Below are positions 23,878 through 36,318 of a DNA stretch of 64,000 bases, in pieces. The notes under the pieces were generated by a model. It worked only from the letters and a program-made list of their open reading frames with translations. It was not told the origin of the DNA and did no database searches. Every line of letters starts with the position of its first letter. Position 1 is the first letter of the stretch. The DNA is from Anolis carolinensis. Lineage: Eukaryota. The stretch is from the NCBI RefSeq assembly GCF_035594765.1, contig NC_085842.1, positions 226,249,747 to 226,313,746 of the forward strand, in the 5' to 3' direction. Both the position numbers and the translations under genes were made by a program.

Positions 23878-25496
23878 CTAGCTGTGCTCGGCCATGCGTT
23901 GCTATGGTTTATGGGAATGCTTTGTTGGCCAGGTGGAATAGCAGTGAATAGCCTTGCAGCTTCAAAGCCTGGCCATTTTCTTCTTATGGGAATCCTTGTT
24001 TGGTGAGCTGGAATACAAAGGGATAGGCTTGCTGCTTGGAAGACTGGGTACTTGCGTTGTGGGGGAATAGTTTTTTGGGCTGCTAGAATTGCAATGAATA
24101 GCCTCACTACTTCAAAGCCTGGCTGCTTGCTACCTAGGGGAATCTTTGGTTGATCAGCTTCAATAGTACAGCCTGGTTGACTTCTACCAAGGTTAACCTT
24201 TTGTTGGTCTGGTTGAATTGCACTGAATAGTCTTGCAGCTTCAATGCCTGGCTGTCTTATAGCTAGGGGAATCCTTGTTTGGCGAGCTGGAGTAGCACCC
24301 TCAATCAAAGAGCCTGGCTACTTTCTTTGTAGGGGAATCCTTGTTTGGCCAGCTTGAATTGCACTGAATAGTCTTGCAGCTTAAAAGCCCGGCCGCTTTC
24401 TACATAGGGCATCCTTGCTAGGCCAGGTTGAATGGGACTGAGCAGCCTTGTGAATTCAAAGTCTGGGTTTTTTTTTTACCTATGGAAAATCTTGGTTGGT
24501 CATGTTGAATAGCACTGAATAGCCTTGCTGCTTGCAAGCTTGGCTGCTTTCTACCTTGTGGAATCCTTGGTTGGCCAGGTTGAATAGCAATGTATTGTCT
24601 CGGTGCGGCAAGTATGAATGCTGCAATTGGTCACCTTGATTAGCCTTTAATGGCCTTGCAGCTTCAAAGCCTGGCTGCTTCCTCCCAGGGGGAATCCTTT
24701 GTTGGGAGGTGTTAGCTGGCCCTGATTGTTTCCTTTCTGGAATTTCCAATTTCCCTGTTTTCAGAGTGTTGCTCTTTATTTACTGCCCTGCTTTCAGAGA
24801 TTATATTGTTCTGTATTATTATACCAAAGTAATTATTATGTATTATATTTATAATATATTATCTGCTTAAAACTGGATTATATGAGGCCCTTTCTACACA
24901 GCTGTATAAAATCCACACTGAACTAAATTATATGGCAGTGTGGGCTCAAGATAATCCAGGTCAAAGCAGATACTGTGGATTATGTGCCTTGGCATTCTGA
25001 GTTATATAGCTGTGTGGAAGGACATTAAGTCTACACAGTGTGGATGAGGCCTAAGTGAACTTTGCCTGTCCCCTGGGCGCCATTGTGGCTCAGGGGGTTG
25101 CTGGGAAATGAAGGGGCGGGGCCTAAAGGCAGCAGGGCCTACCTTTCTGACTGGCAACCAGGGGGAGAATAGCTCTTCTCATCCTCTGTAATTTGGAGTA
25201 TTTTTCTAGGTTTTTTTATTGAAAGACATAGATTGGATATTTTGGCCTTCAACTCCCAGAAATCATAACAGTTGGTAAACTAGCTGGGATTTCTGGGAGT
25301 TGTAGGCCAAAACACCTGGGGACCCACAGGTTGAGAACCACTGGTCTAAATGATCCTCCTCTTCTTTCCCACAACAGAGAAAATCCAATGATCACAGGGA
25401 CAGAAAGCGAGGTGACATCTTCCGAATAGGGGCACAGTCAGCAAAGCAAACACCACAGGGGTTTTAACCCTTTCCTATGCTGTCCAAAGATATAGA
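23878..25496 (-). mobile_element. Second copy of the same Helitron-like family with an expanded ~70-bp internal array
   Basis: 3' CTAG|T at 23878-23881 with the same subterminal sequence; internal organisation collinear with 1247-2227. Confidence 0.65.
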
Positions 25497-26908
25497 TAGA
25501 TAATAATAAAAAAACTTTATTTATAACCCGCTCTCTCTCCCCCGAAAGGACTCAGGGTGGTGTATATATATATCACACACGTAACACAGATGATAAACAT
25601 TCAGTGCCCTAAAGGAATCAAACAAACAACAAGGTAAAACATAAAATAGAATAAACACAGTATAACTTACAAAACAACAAAGCTGAAGGTTAAACTAGAT
25701 AGGAGTTATACTTTAAAATGTACCTGTTCTGACTTACATACAAATGCAACTTCAGAACAAACTTACAGAACCTATCTTGTTAGTAACTTGGGGCCTGCCT
25801 GCACTCAAGTCTTGCTTTTATTATTATTATTAATTTATTTATTTCCAAGGTGTGCCCATTGTAACAGGCATGGGCAAACTTTGGCCCATAAGGTGTTTTT
25901 GGACTTCAACTCCCACAATTCCTAACAGCCATTAGTTGAAGTCCAAAACACCTGGAGAGCCGAAGATTACCAATGCTTGCATCATAAAATAGCTAGGTAA
26001 AAGTAAAGGTTTTTTCCTGACAATAACACTAGCTGTGTCCGACTCTGCAGGTCGGTGCTCATCTCCATTTCTAAGTCGAAGAGCCGGAATTGTCCTTAGA
26101 CACCTCCAAGGTCATGTGGCTGGCATGACTGCATGGAGCGCTGTTACCTTCCCGCCTGAGTGGTACCTATTGATCTACCCACATTTGTATGTTTTCAAAC
26201 TGCTAGGTTGGCAGAAGCTGGTGCTAACAGCAGGCACTCACCCCGCCCCCCGGATTCGAACTCCCGACCTTTCAGTCAGCAAGTTCAGCAGCTCAGCAAT
26301 TTAACCCGCTACACCATCGGGGGCTTCATAACATAACTATTGATATACAGTAGAGTCTCACTTATCCAAGACTCATTTATCCAAGGTTCTGGATTATCCA
26401 AGGCATTTTTGTAGTCAATGTTTTCAATATATCATATTTTGGTGCTAAATTTGTAAATACAGTAATTACAACATAACATTACTGCGTACTGAACTACTTT
26501 TTCTGTCAAATTTGTTGTATTTGTTGTGGCTTTTCCTTAATCCCTCCTTATTATCCAAGATATTCGCTTATCCAAGGTTCTGCCGGCCGTTTAGCTTGGA
26601 TAAGTGAGACTCTACTGTATAAAGCCACAAATAAAAGTCGTAATTCTACACCTTCTAATTGGTCTTGCGAAGATGTCACCCATCGTCTACCGTATGGCAG
26701 CCATCAGGTCAATAGATCACAGACATTTCTTGTGGAGATTTGTTCAGAGGGCGGGCTGTCCTTGCCTTATTCTGAGGCGAAGAGAGTGCAGTTTGCCCAA
26801 GGACACCCTGTGGGTTCCCCTGGCTGAAAAGGGCCACTGCGTTTATATCCTTCCCGTCCCTTTTCCCTCGCTTACGGCCTTCTTCCCCTTCGGCCTTTGG
26901 CGGCTCAC

Positions 26909-27085
26909 CTGAGTCCTCCACAGCCCGCCAGGTTTGAGGAAGTTCTGCCAGAAGCCCTCAACCAGGCCGGGCTTCTCCGGCGGCAAGACGGGCTCCCTCG
27001 GGCTCAGCTCCTGGTCCTTGAGCCAGCGCCGCCGGAGCTCCCTCAGCTGCTGAAGCCGGAGCTTCTCGTCCGGCGTGTAACCCAT
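26909..27085 (-). CDS. NDUFB6: NDUFB6 (complex I B17 subunit) exon 1; may begin at upstream in-frame ATG 27130
   Basis: [36 protein letters not shown] is near-identical to NDUFB6; donor CAG|GTGAGC, phase 0. Confidence 0.96.
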
Positions 27086-27120
27086 CACCGACCGCGGAGG
27101 ACCCCCACCGCCGCGCTCTA

Positions 27121-27225
27121 GGCCCGCCATCTTGGCTAAGGCTGTTTGCTCCGCCCCCTCCTCCTTCGACCTTGCCGAGGCCGGAAGTGACGTTATCAAA
27201 GCGGAAGCTTTTTTCGCTGCCATGG
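27121..27225. promoter_or_regulatory. NDUFB6 CpG-island promoter with ETS-CRE composite, GC box and YY1 motif
   Basis: CCGGAAGTGACGT at 27181-27193, CCGCCCC at 27151, CGCCATCTT (YY1) overlapping ATG 27130. Confidence 0.7.
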
Positions 27226-27409
27226 CAACGGCCTTGTGAATTCTGAGCGTCGTAGTTTAGTGCTGTGGCTTAATGCGATGGAGTAAAGGAAGCTCTACGC
27301 TTACAAGGCCTGCACCCTTCTCAGTCACCAAACTACGACTCCCATGGAGTCATGGCAGCTCAACTGCATTTGGGAGCCTTTTACCTCTACAGTCTACCGT
27401 ATACCATGC

Positions 27410-28052
27410 AGCTGTGGACAAATCTACATAGGGACCACCAAAGGCAGCATTCATTGCCCAGACACGAACCAAGGAACGTGAAAGGTACTGCAGACTAACT
27501 CAACCAGAGAAACCAGCCATAGCAGAGCACTTGATGAACCAGTCTGGACATGGCATATTAATGGAGAACACAGAAATGCTGGACCAACCTAACAACCATG
27601 CCAGACGAGCATGTGGACAATTTCAACAGAAAGCAGGAAACCATGAAAATAAAATCAGTGGCTACCAGCATTTTTTTAAAAAAAATCTCTAAAATCAGGA
27701 CAGTAAATGAACAACACTCTGAAAACTGAGGAATTCTAGACATGAAACAATCAGGGCCAGCTAACACCTCCCACAAAGGAAGCAGCCAAGCTTTAAACCT
27801 GCAAGGCCATTCAATGCTAATCAAGCTGGCCAGTTGCAACATTCACACTTGCTTCAGGCAGACAAGAGTTCTTTCTCCCACCTGGACATTCCACAGATAT
27901 ATAAACCCCATTTGCCTAGTTTCCAACAAACCCCACAACCTCTGAGGATGCCTGCCATAGATGTGGGAGAAATGTCAGGAGAGAATGCTTCTGGAACATG
28001 GCCACACAGCCTGGAAAACTCACAGCAACCCAGTGATGAAAGCCTTCAACAA
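27410..28052 (+). mobile_element. Penelope 3' fragment immediately upstream of the NDUFB6 promoter
   Basis: GIY-YIG remnant (GTTK.S...R.KE.ER.CRL.QPEK.AIAEHLMNQ) followed by the family 3'UTR with a hammerhead-like motif. Confidence 0.8.
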
Positions 28053-28369
28053 CACATCAAACTGCATTAGTGTCTGACAAGTCAGATCATTGGATGCCGT
28101 ATACTATCTTATCTTTTAATTGCCTTTTTAGTTTAACTTGTAATAATTTTTCAGGTGGTAATTGTGTGTGGTGTGTTATATTATGTTTAAGTATAATTTT
28201 CAGTTATTTTTCGGCTAATTTTATAAGTTCATATTGATACGTTTTTCCCACAGTTTTGATGTTATTTATCTTTGTTTTCGGCATTGAATGTTTGCCACTT
28301 TATTATTTTTGTTGGAAACCACCTTGAGTCTCCTCAGGGAGATAGGACGGCTTATAAATAAATAAATAA

Positions 28370-28411
<42 letters not shown>

Positions 28412-30032
28412 GGTACTGTGTAGAGCCAATCTCTGTGTCCCTCCTTCAAGCAGCCACTTCTAGAATGTCATACTGCTTTGCCATGGTAGCAAAATTATTA
28501 TTATTACTATTATTATATTTCATAAAATAAATATATTTATGACATGGTGCAACATAGGAAAATGCTGCCTAAAGTCTACCATATCACCTGGGAGTATGAT
28601 TTTACAAAAACTATCCAGACCCTCCTAGAAAACCGCAGATCTTGTATGTGGAGTCTACTTTTTTTTGGATGTGAGGTCATATCAGTTTGGTCATATGTTA
28701 TGACCACTCTATTTTCACATTTGTGGGGTTTTAGTAGTATTAGTGCAGTATTCAGACAAACAGTCCCCAGGTTATATATATTAGCTTTGGATAGCATAGG
28801 GAAGGATGAACACCCCTGTGGTGTTTCCTTTGCTGTCTGCCTCTGTTCAGAAGATTTCGCCTCACTTTCCATGCCTGTGAGAATTGGATTTTGAACAATT
28901 AGGATTGTTGTGGAAACTATGATTGGTCATAAAGCTTCAGCGGAGGCACATTTCCCCATGATAACTTCAGGGAGTGAATTTCCCTTTGGGAAATGTTGTC
29001 TCGCCGCTGTTGTTAACTATGAGTAGTTTGTAAGTCGGATATTTGTAAGTCGGGGGCTGGCTGTAGCTAGGAGTCACATTTAGGTATAAAGAAGAGTTTT
29101 AGATGAGGGATGCTCAACCTGTAGTGGTAACGTACATTTTGGGAGCATACATTTGGCATGCAAAAAGTGACCCAAGTCCTACCTCAACTCCCTGAAAGAC
29201 ATGGAATATTTTAAAATTGACAAAGCATAGTCTGTGTTCATTACTTTGGAAGAGAGCCGTAAGAATAACTATTTTAACCAAGGCTCTAATGCACAACTTT
29301 CCAAGCTGTGTGTTGCCTCTAGTTCCTATGTGTGTCATGTGAAAAATGCTTGCCCACTCCACCCCCACAAACAAAGGCTGGTTCTGATCAAGTGTAAGTC
29401 TGTTATAACAATGATGTTTGTGCTGAACTCCATGGAGCGGCTATAAAGAAAACTACACAAGAATCAACTATAGGACATAAAAAGTGTAAAAAAAATCCAA
29501 ACCTCATTTAAAAACTACTATATAGTATTAAATTCTTATAAGGGGTTGGTTTAACCTTCACTTTGCCAGTAAAACTGAATTACCATGTTGCAAAAGGATG
29601 CATGTCTAAAATTCGTGTCACCAACATGAAAGGTTTGGAAATGCTGCTCTGATGTATTGTGCATTTGCCACTACATACTTTGGTCCAGAGAGAAATGTTT
29701 ATTGGAAGCATGCCTTCTTCCAGTGGACTGGCTAGAACCAAAAATATCCAAACAACTAAAGTCAGTTTGCCAGTATGCTTGCTTTGCATTGATGGAAATT
29801 TTATTGTCTTCATCCGTATTTCTCAAGCAGACCACAGAGGAAGTTTGTGCACAGTCAGAACATACTGACATCAAGGGATCTTGACGTAATCATACATTTT
29901 CTCCCTCCATGTTTCCCTTTCCCACCCTCCCCTAGGAAAAAAAATCAGAGCAAATTTTGTGGGTTCTTCACACTTTGCTCAGTACAATGAGTGTTCACAT
30001 TCCTGTTTTCCTTTATTCGTCTTCCAAGATCT

Positions 30033-30176
30033 TCACTTTTGGCCTTTCTCTGAAGGGACTGAATTTCCAGACATGTTCCCATGCACTCTGACCCGATAAA
30101 TGCAGGTAAATTCCGCATTGCCCCAGTTACTTTGCACCTTGAATTTCATACAAAGAAATTGCTTTGCAGCTTCCTT
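30033..30176 (-). CDS. SUN3-like exon 10 (KEAAKQFLCMKFKVQSNWGNAEFTCIYRVRVHG...K*)
   Basis: Diagnostic SNWG...TCIYR.RVHG SUN terminus; tatttcag| acceptor; TGA at 30033-30035; minus-strand AATAAA at 30012-30017. Confidence 0.97.
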   Translation of the reverse strand, partial: KEAAKQFLCMKFKVQSNWGNAEFTCIYRVRVHGNMSGNSVPSEKGQK

Positions 30177-31122
30177 CTGAAATACAGAGAGGGCAAAGAG
30201 AGACCAAATAAAATAGAAGCTTGCACCACTTTATGAGTACAGTACAGTCATCCTACATTTGCAGTTTTGACTTTTGCAGATTTGATTATTTTTTGTGGAG
30301 GACCCAAAGCAGTAGTTCTAAATCTTTAGCCCTTCAAGTGTTTTCGACTTCAACTCCCAGAAATCCCAGCCATCTTACCAGCTGTTAGGAATTGTGGGAG
30401 CTGAAGCTCAAAACACCTGGAGGACCAAAGGTTGGGAACCATTGACCTAGAGGTTTCTAGAGAGAACATCTCTCAAGGAATCTCTTGGTCCTCCAAATGT
30501 GATTCTGTGATCAGCTTCCAATGGAAATCAATGATAGAGTTGTGTTGGAAAAACTAATCCCACTTTATAACTGTCATGATATTATGTGGAAATCAACAAT
30601 TTGTAGTTTGGTGAGACACTATAGCTTTCTAGCCAGGAATTCTAAATACCTTTTTCTACAATGAATCCATAACATCTGATATGGAATCATGGTGCCATAA
30701 TATGAAAAGCATCCTGTTGTCATTTAACATTGTTTGCACTGCTACTTAAGTACAGAAATGAATAAATTATGGATTTGAGATGCCCCAAGTTATGTAATTA
30801 TGTAGATCCCCATGATCCTCCAGAGCAATTATATGGTATTCTTTGGCTGAAAGCCTAAGATATTGTTGATTTCAATTGCAAAAAGTACAATATCAGATTA
30901 TGCAAAAATTATGCAAAGATTCCTAGAACAGATTCCTCACATTATATGTTGGCCTACTGTGTAGCTATTTTTATGAAGTATGAAAGGAACCTAGGATTGC
31001 CCCTTAGCTGTTCAAAGAGCAATATCTATCGGAAAACCTGTTTAGCACCCCTTTTAGGCCAGCCCATTGGTGTCCAGGGTTTTTTCAACCACGCTTCCCC
31101 ACTGATCCCATTTTCAGGGTAC

Positions 31123-31212
31123 CTGCAGCTGGAATGTCTGGATCGTTTCCTTCTCTATATCATACATGAATGTTCCTAACAAAGTTTCTTCATTGATTTC
31201 ATCATCTATCCC
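31123..31212 (-). CDS. SUN3-like exon 9 (GIDDEINEETLLGTFMYDIEKETIQTFQLQ)
   Basis: LLG.F.YD....IQTF SUN motif; cttccag| acceptor and |gtaccc donor. Confidence 0.95.
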
Positions 31213-31847
31213 CTGGAAGTGAAAAAGAGAATTGGCAGAAATCAATGGCAGATCATTGATACTTCTATGAAGAAGACCAGAACACTGCTTAAGAGCAACA
31301 TAGGAAACTGTGCTTTCCTAAGTCAGCTCAGGGGTCAATTCAGAATCAGACAGGGTTGGTGGCAGCCTTGGATCTAGCAGGAGATGGTCAAGGAAACTGG
31401 ATCAAGGAAACTGGAAGTGAGTAAAGAGAGTGGCTGTCGTCTGGGAAGCAGGCAAGTAGGAAGACAGAAACACCAAAGACACCTTGTCAGAGCCAAGAAG
31501 GAGAGAGAAAAGTCTAGGGATATCCCAAATAAAGCCTGGTGGGTTGTATTTATAATTAAATGAAGAAGAGGAAAATATATTATTTGGAACTGCTGCACTT
31601 GAGAGGACATTATTGCTTTTTGTAACCCCATACAGCAGGATCCTCCTAGGACATTGAGAGTCCCTGTCCAAGACCTGGCAGATAGTTTAGTCTATGCCAA
31701 CCCTCACCTCCTTGGCTTGTGGGGCAATGAGTACTCTGAGTTGGCATCAGAAGAACTGCCAATCAAGTCTTCCCTTCCTTTAAATTATAGTTCTCTGGCT
31801 ATACCTCAGAGGAACAGGTAAATGCTAAGTCGGACGTCAATACTCAC

Positions 31848-32015
31848 ATAAACTGAGAAGTCCTTCAAGGCGCTGGTGACTCCTTTTACAGGAGAGACAG
31901 CCCTGGGGATATGCTGTACTGTGACTGCAGTTGGAAAGATTCTTTCAGGCAGTTTTATGACCACTTGGCCCTCACTTCCATGGAATGCCCAACAGTTTCC
32001 TGGGTAAACATCTGG
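31848..32015 (-). CDS. SUN3-like exon 8 (PDVYPGNCWAFHGSEGQVVIKL...SALKDFSVY)
   Basis: Diagnostic SUN motif PGNCWAF.G; tgtgtttag| acceptor and |gtgagt donor; 168 nt. Confidence 0.96.
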
Positions 32016-32660
32016 CTAAACACAGGAAGCAACTTAAGTGAATAAAATACAATCTCATAACACACATGTTCAACATATATGACTTGACTTCTCAGAGTGA
32101 GCACAGAAGTCTGCTGGGAATTTCCAGAGTTTGGATACTGGAGAGTGGTGGTTCCACCTAACAAGTGGGTTTGCTCTGGGTTTTAGTCTGATTTTTAAAG
32201 GAGCTATCCAGGGTCCCAATTTGTTTAAGAGTAACCATCACCTCTTTGGGTTTTTCCACATTAGTGGTTCTCAGTCTGTGGATCCCCAGGTATTTTGGCC
32301 TACAATTCTCAGAAATCCCAGCCAGTTTACCAGCTGTTAGAATTTCTGGGAGTTGAAGACCAAAACATCTGGGGACCCACAGGTTGAGAACCACTGCTCT
32401 CCACAGAATGCAGAGCAGGAGAGATTGGCTTGTTCTTGTCCTCTGACAGAATAATTTCTTGAGCTAACACTCCTCCTTCATACTAAATCAAAAGAAGGAG
32501 AAGGGTCCAAGGACAAACAATAACTGAGTGAAGGTTTTTGTCCAACCTTATCATCTTGCAATGCCACCTATGAAAATTGGCATGATGGCATATATTTAAT
32601 GTTCTAAAATATTGTTCTAAAGTTGCTTCTTTTTTTTTTTACCATCAATAAAAACAGTAC

Positions 32661-32776
32661 CTGTAGAATCGTTTCAGGGGGTTTGGCTGTAGAAATGAAG
32701 AAGTATTTATACCAACAGCTCTTTGCATTCTCAGGCTCATAGCTCTTTGAAGTCCTGCTGTGATCAATAGTGGCTC
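32661..32776 (-). CDS. SUN3-like exon 7 (ATIDHSRTSKSY...PPETILQ; KASH-lid region)
   Basis: tctctag| acceptor, CAG|gtactg donor; phase 1 to 0; GA.I..TS.SY and P..ILQ motifs. Confidence 0.92.
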
Positions 32777-33019
32777 CTAGAGATTTATTTTAGGAAGGAA
32801 CGAAAGAAAGAGATTAAAAGAAAGTGCTAACTCCATTCATTGGTAAGGCATAAGGAAGTTTTTCATCAGTTTGATCCATTGCTCCCCTTATCACTGCCCA
32901 TATTACTATCTGTCTATCATTATGCATGTTAAGTCAGCATCTCAAGAAGCTCGTAAAGAAGACAGTTTCTTTCTTCTGGAGGCAAACAATAGCTGGGGAA
33001 TTCTCTCAGATTAATATGT

Positions 33020-33725
33020 TTTTTTTATTTTCAATCTACATATTCATCAAAACAATGAAAAAAATCTACATACATGTATATATGCATGAACCAATACAAT
33101 ACTTCCTAACAACTGTACAATATTTGTATTTGGTTATGCTCTTCCCTCTTCCTACCCCTCTCAGTTTAGTGATTTCCTGTCCCTTAAGTTGGAGACATTC
33201 ATATATAATTCTGTTCTTCCTTCCTATGACATTGTTTTTCTATTCTTTCTTCTGGCCTGATATTTATTATTTATAAATTCCCTGCACTGATTCTAACAGG
33301 TTAAATTACTGTATGAAGCCTTGTTTTTTAAAAAACCTTTCCTTCTTTCTTTTTTTAATACAAAGTTTATAAATTGTTCCCGGTCCTTGATAAAGTTTTT
33401 TGTATTTTTTTCTTTATTCATCATTGCTAATTTGTCAATTCTTCTATTGTTGGGAGGTCTGTCTTCTTCCAGAACTGTGTGTATACTAATTCTTCCTGCT
33501 ATTATCATTGCAGTTTAATGATTTCTTGTTTGTTTATTTGACATTCCCAATAAAAATAATTTGGTCTCCAATTGTATCTTTGATTTTAAAAATTTTTGCA
33601 GTGTTTTTCATACCTTGCCCCAGAATTCTCGTTTTTTTTACAAGACCACCACACATGAAAGAAAGTTCCTTCGTGTTCTTTACATTTCCAGCACTTGCTG
33701 TTTCTTCCCTTATACATTTTAGCTA
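33020..33725 (-). mobile_element. L1-clade LINE 3' fragment
   Basis: [19 protein letters not shown]-terminal ORF2 motif; A-rich on the minus strand. Confidence 0.75.
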
Positions 33726-34916
33726 GTTTTGCTGTGGTGTGCGTGGCTTCCCCCCATAGACTGTGTGGCAACATGGGAGCTCTTCCGTGTTACCCTGACG
33801 GCAGCATGCGCCGGCTCCACCCTGCTTCACCCATCGAACCAGCACAGCATCATGTGATGGGAGACGGCCGGCTTCGTGAGAAGCCTGAGCTAAAATCGGC
33901 GTTGAGCGCCAATTTAGCTCAATGTGATGAGGCCATTAGTCTAATACTAAAACAATGGTTGTGCTCAGAGATCCAGTAATGTAGCAGCACATTGTCCCAG
34001 CCACTGGATGCCTGCAGTGGCTTCTTATGGCTCTTCTTGATTTGTTTTCTTGTTATCAGGGGCCCTATTGGTTAATGAACTACATGTTACAGAGGGTGCA
34101 TCTACACTGCAGAATGAATGTAATTCAACATCACTTTAACTGTCATAGTTGAATGCTATGGCATACTAGGATTTGTAGTTTTGTGAGGCACCAGCATTCT
34201 TTGACAGAAAAAAAAACTAAAGACATTGTAAAATTAGAACTCTTGTGACCCCATAGCACTGAACCATGGCATTTAAAGTGGTGTCGAACTGCATTAATTC
34301 TACAGTGCAGATGTACTCTAATTCTCCCAGCCATTTTTGCAATCCAAATTTCTCTGTCTTGGCTTCCTTCTACTTTTTCTTTAGGGAAAAAAGGCTAAAA
34401 AGTGAGGAAAAGCCAGAAAGCAGAGGAATCATGAAACACGTTCTTCCCTCTTACTGATTTTCTTCTTCTCTCCTCTAGCCCTTGTGACAGTATTATAAAA
34501 CAACTCTTATAACATATTTATACAAAAAAATAAGACGTCAATATGGTTTGAACCACCCAAAATAACTTCTACCATAGTCTTATGTGTTCACTCAAAAGCA
34601 TGTTCTGCCAGAAGTTGAGGTTTGGATAGCTCTTCAGATGTTGGACTGCAACTCCCATCATCACTAGACCTCCTAGGCAACTGTGAAGCATGATAGGAAG
34701 TGTGGTTCAGCAACTTCCTGACAGCAAGAGCTGTTCTGCTGTGGAATATGCTGCCTCAGGGGATGGTTGAGTCTGCTTCTTGGGAATATTTGAAGAATCA
34801 CCCATTTCCCAGGCTTGTTCTAAGTGCATACTTAGAATAGTTACCTTACTGGGCTTGCTAAACTAAAAAAAGGAAGAAAAAATTAATTCAAATAAAAGTA
34901 TACAGTCAACCATTAC

Positions 34917-35001
34917 CTATTGTTTTTTGAGCCCAATCTGGCATTTGTACATGATCCTCATATGTCTTCCTAAAAGCTTGATTAATCATTTCAAGCACTT
35001 G
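34917..35001 (-). CDS. SUN3-like exon 6 (QVLEMINQAFRKTYEDHVQMPDWAQKTIG)
   Basis: tttctttacag| acceptor, G|gtaatg donor; equivalent to the EDxV..DYAL.S.G motif that leads into SUN domains. Confidence 0.9.
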
Positions 35002-36158
35002 CTGTAAAGAAACGGAAAACCCATCAGCTTAGTCCAAAGGCATGATTATTCCAAATACCAATGACATCCATTCTGTAATGTAAATTATAACTGAACCTCG
35101 GACTGTAGAAATCAGTGCCAGCTAGATCCTACCATTGCTCTGTTTTTTACAAAGTGTGCTGTCATTTGGTCTGGTTCAGAAAAGAGCTTCTTAAGCGAGA
35201 ATGCATTTTTCATGGATTGGTCATCACAGTTTTGAAGCTATGTCATAACTGTTAGGAGAACCTGAGTACTCCAAACCTTTGCTTCATAAATGTAAGATAC
35301 AGGAACATGACAGGATGTCTCATCTGCACTAATATATAATGCAGTGTAGCAATTGCATTAGCCCTGTGTGTCCATACAACACACACAGGCTAAATCAATT
35401 GAACCCAGGGTAAATCACTTAATCTGGTTAAAAGAACACTGGTAAAGGTTCAAATCCTGAAAATCTTCAACATTACCAGAGAGTCACCTTTGAGGACCGA
35501 AGAGATTCCTAGAAAGATTCTTTCTAGATATTTCTAAATCCTCTGGTGGTTTGAATCAAATCTGTGAATAATTATATCCACAAAAGTGAAATCTGCAAAT
35601 ATTGAGAGCCAACTGTAATGCCCAGGATCTTTTGCATTAACCAAGGGTTTTTCAATTTAGAAAAAAAATATATTCTGAGGTTACAATATGTGAAAACCAT
35701 TGATCTTGATTAATGAATGTCAGTGGTTTGAAAACTTCAAGCATTACTATTAAGGACATTATGTTAGGGCATGGGAACAAACCTAGTTCTACCTTTTTGG
35801 GGTTTTCAGACAGAGAGGGTATCTCCCAATACAAGCATGTAGCCAGGGGGTGGGGGGTGGGGGTGGGGTTGAGGGGCTTCAGCCCCCCCCCCCCAATTCT
35901 CAGAGTGGTCCGCGAGGAGGCCTTACATTTATTATTTAAACTGTTATGTTTATTCATATCATGATCTGATTACCATGCTCAATATATCCCATATGCATGG
36001 GGAGTATTGGGATAACGATACAAAAGGTTTGCGAGGGTAGATCCTCCCCCACCCAGACTCAGCCCCCGACTCAAAATCCTGGCTACGGGCCTGTCCCAGT
36101 ATAAAACATAAATTAACAAAGTACAGATAACTCTAAGGGTCATTTTACAGTTTCCTAC

Positions 36159-36318
36159 ATCTTTGTTCTCTCCTGGGATGTCATTTTCCTTGAGGATTTG
36201 TTTTATAGAATTCGGGATGCCTTTCTGGATGCTCTTCATTTCAGCTTGCAGATGTGCTGTCCGATTTTTAATTACTGGGATTTCCTGAATTTGCTCTTGA
36301 AGGCCATTTTGAGACTTC
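36159..36318 (-). CDS. SUN3-like exon 5 (coiled-coil, KSQNGLQEQIQE...GENKD)
   Basis: tttttcctcattccaag| acceptor, GAT|gtagga donor; phase 2 to 0; lies within track ORF 35979-36383. Confidence 0.85.
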
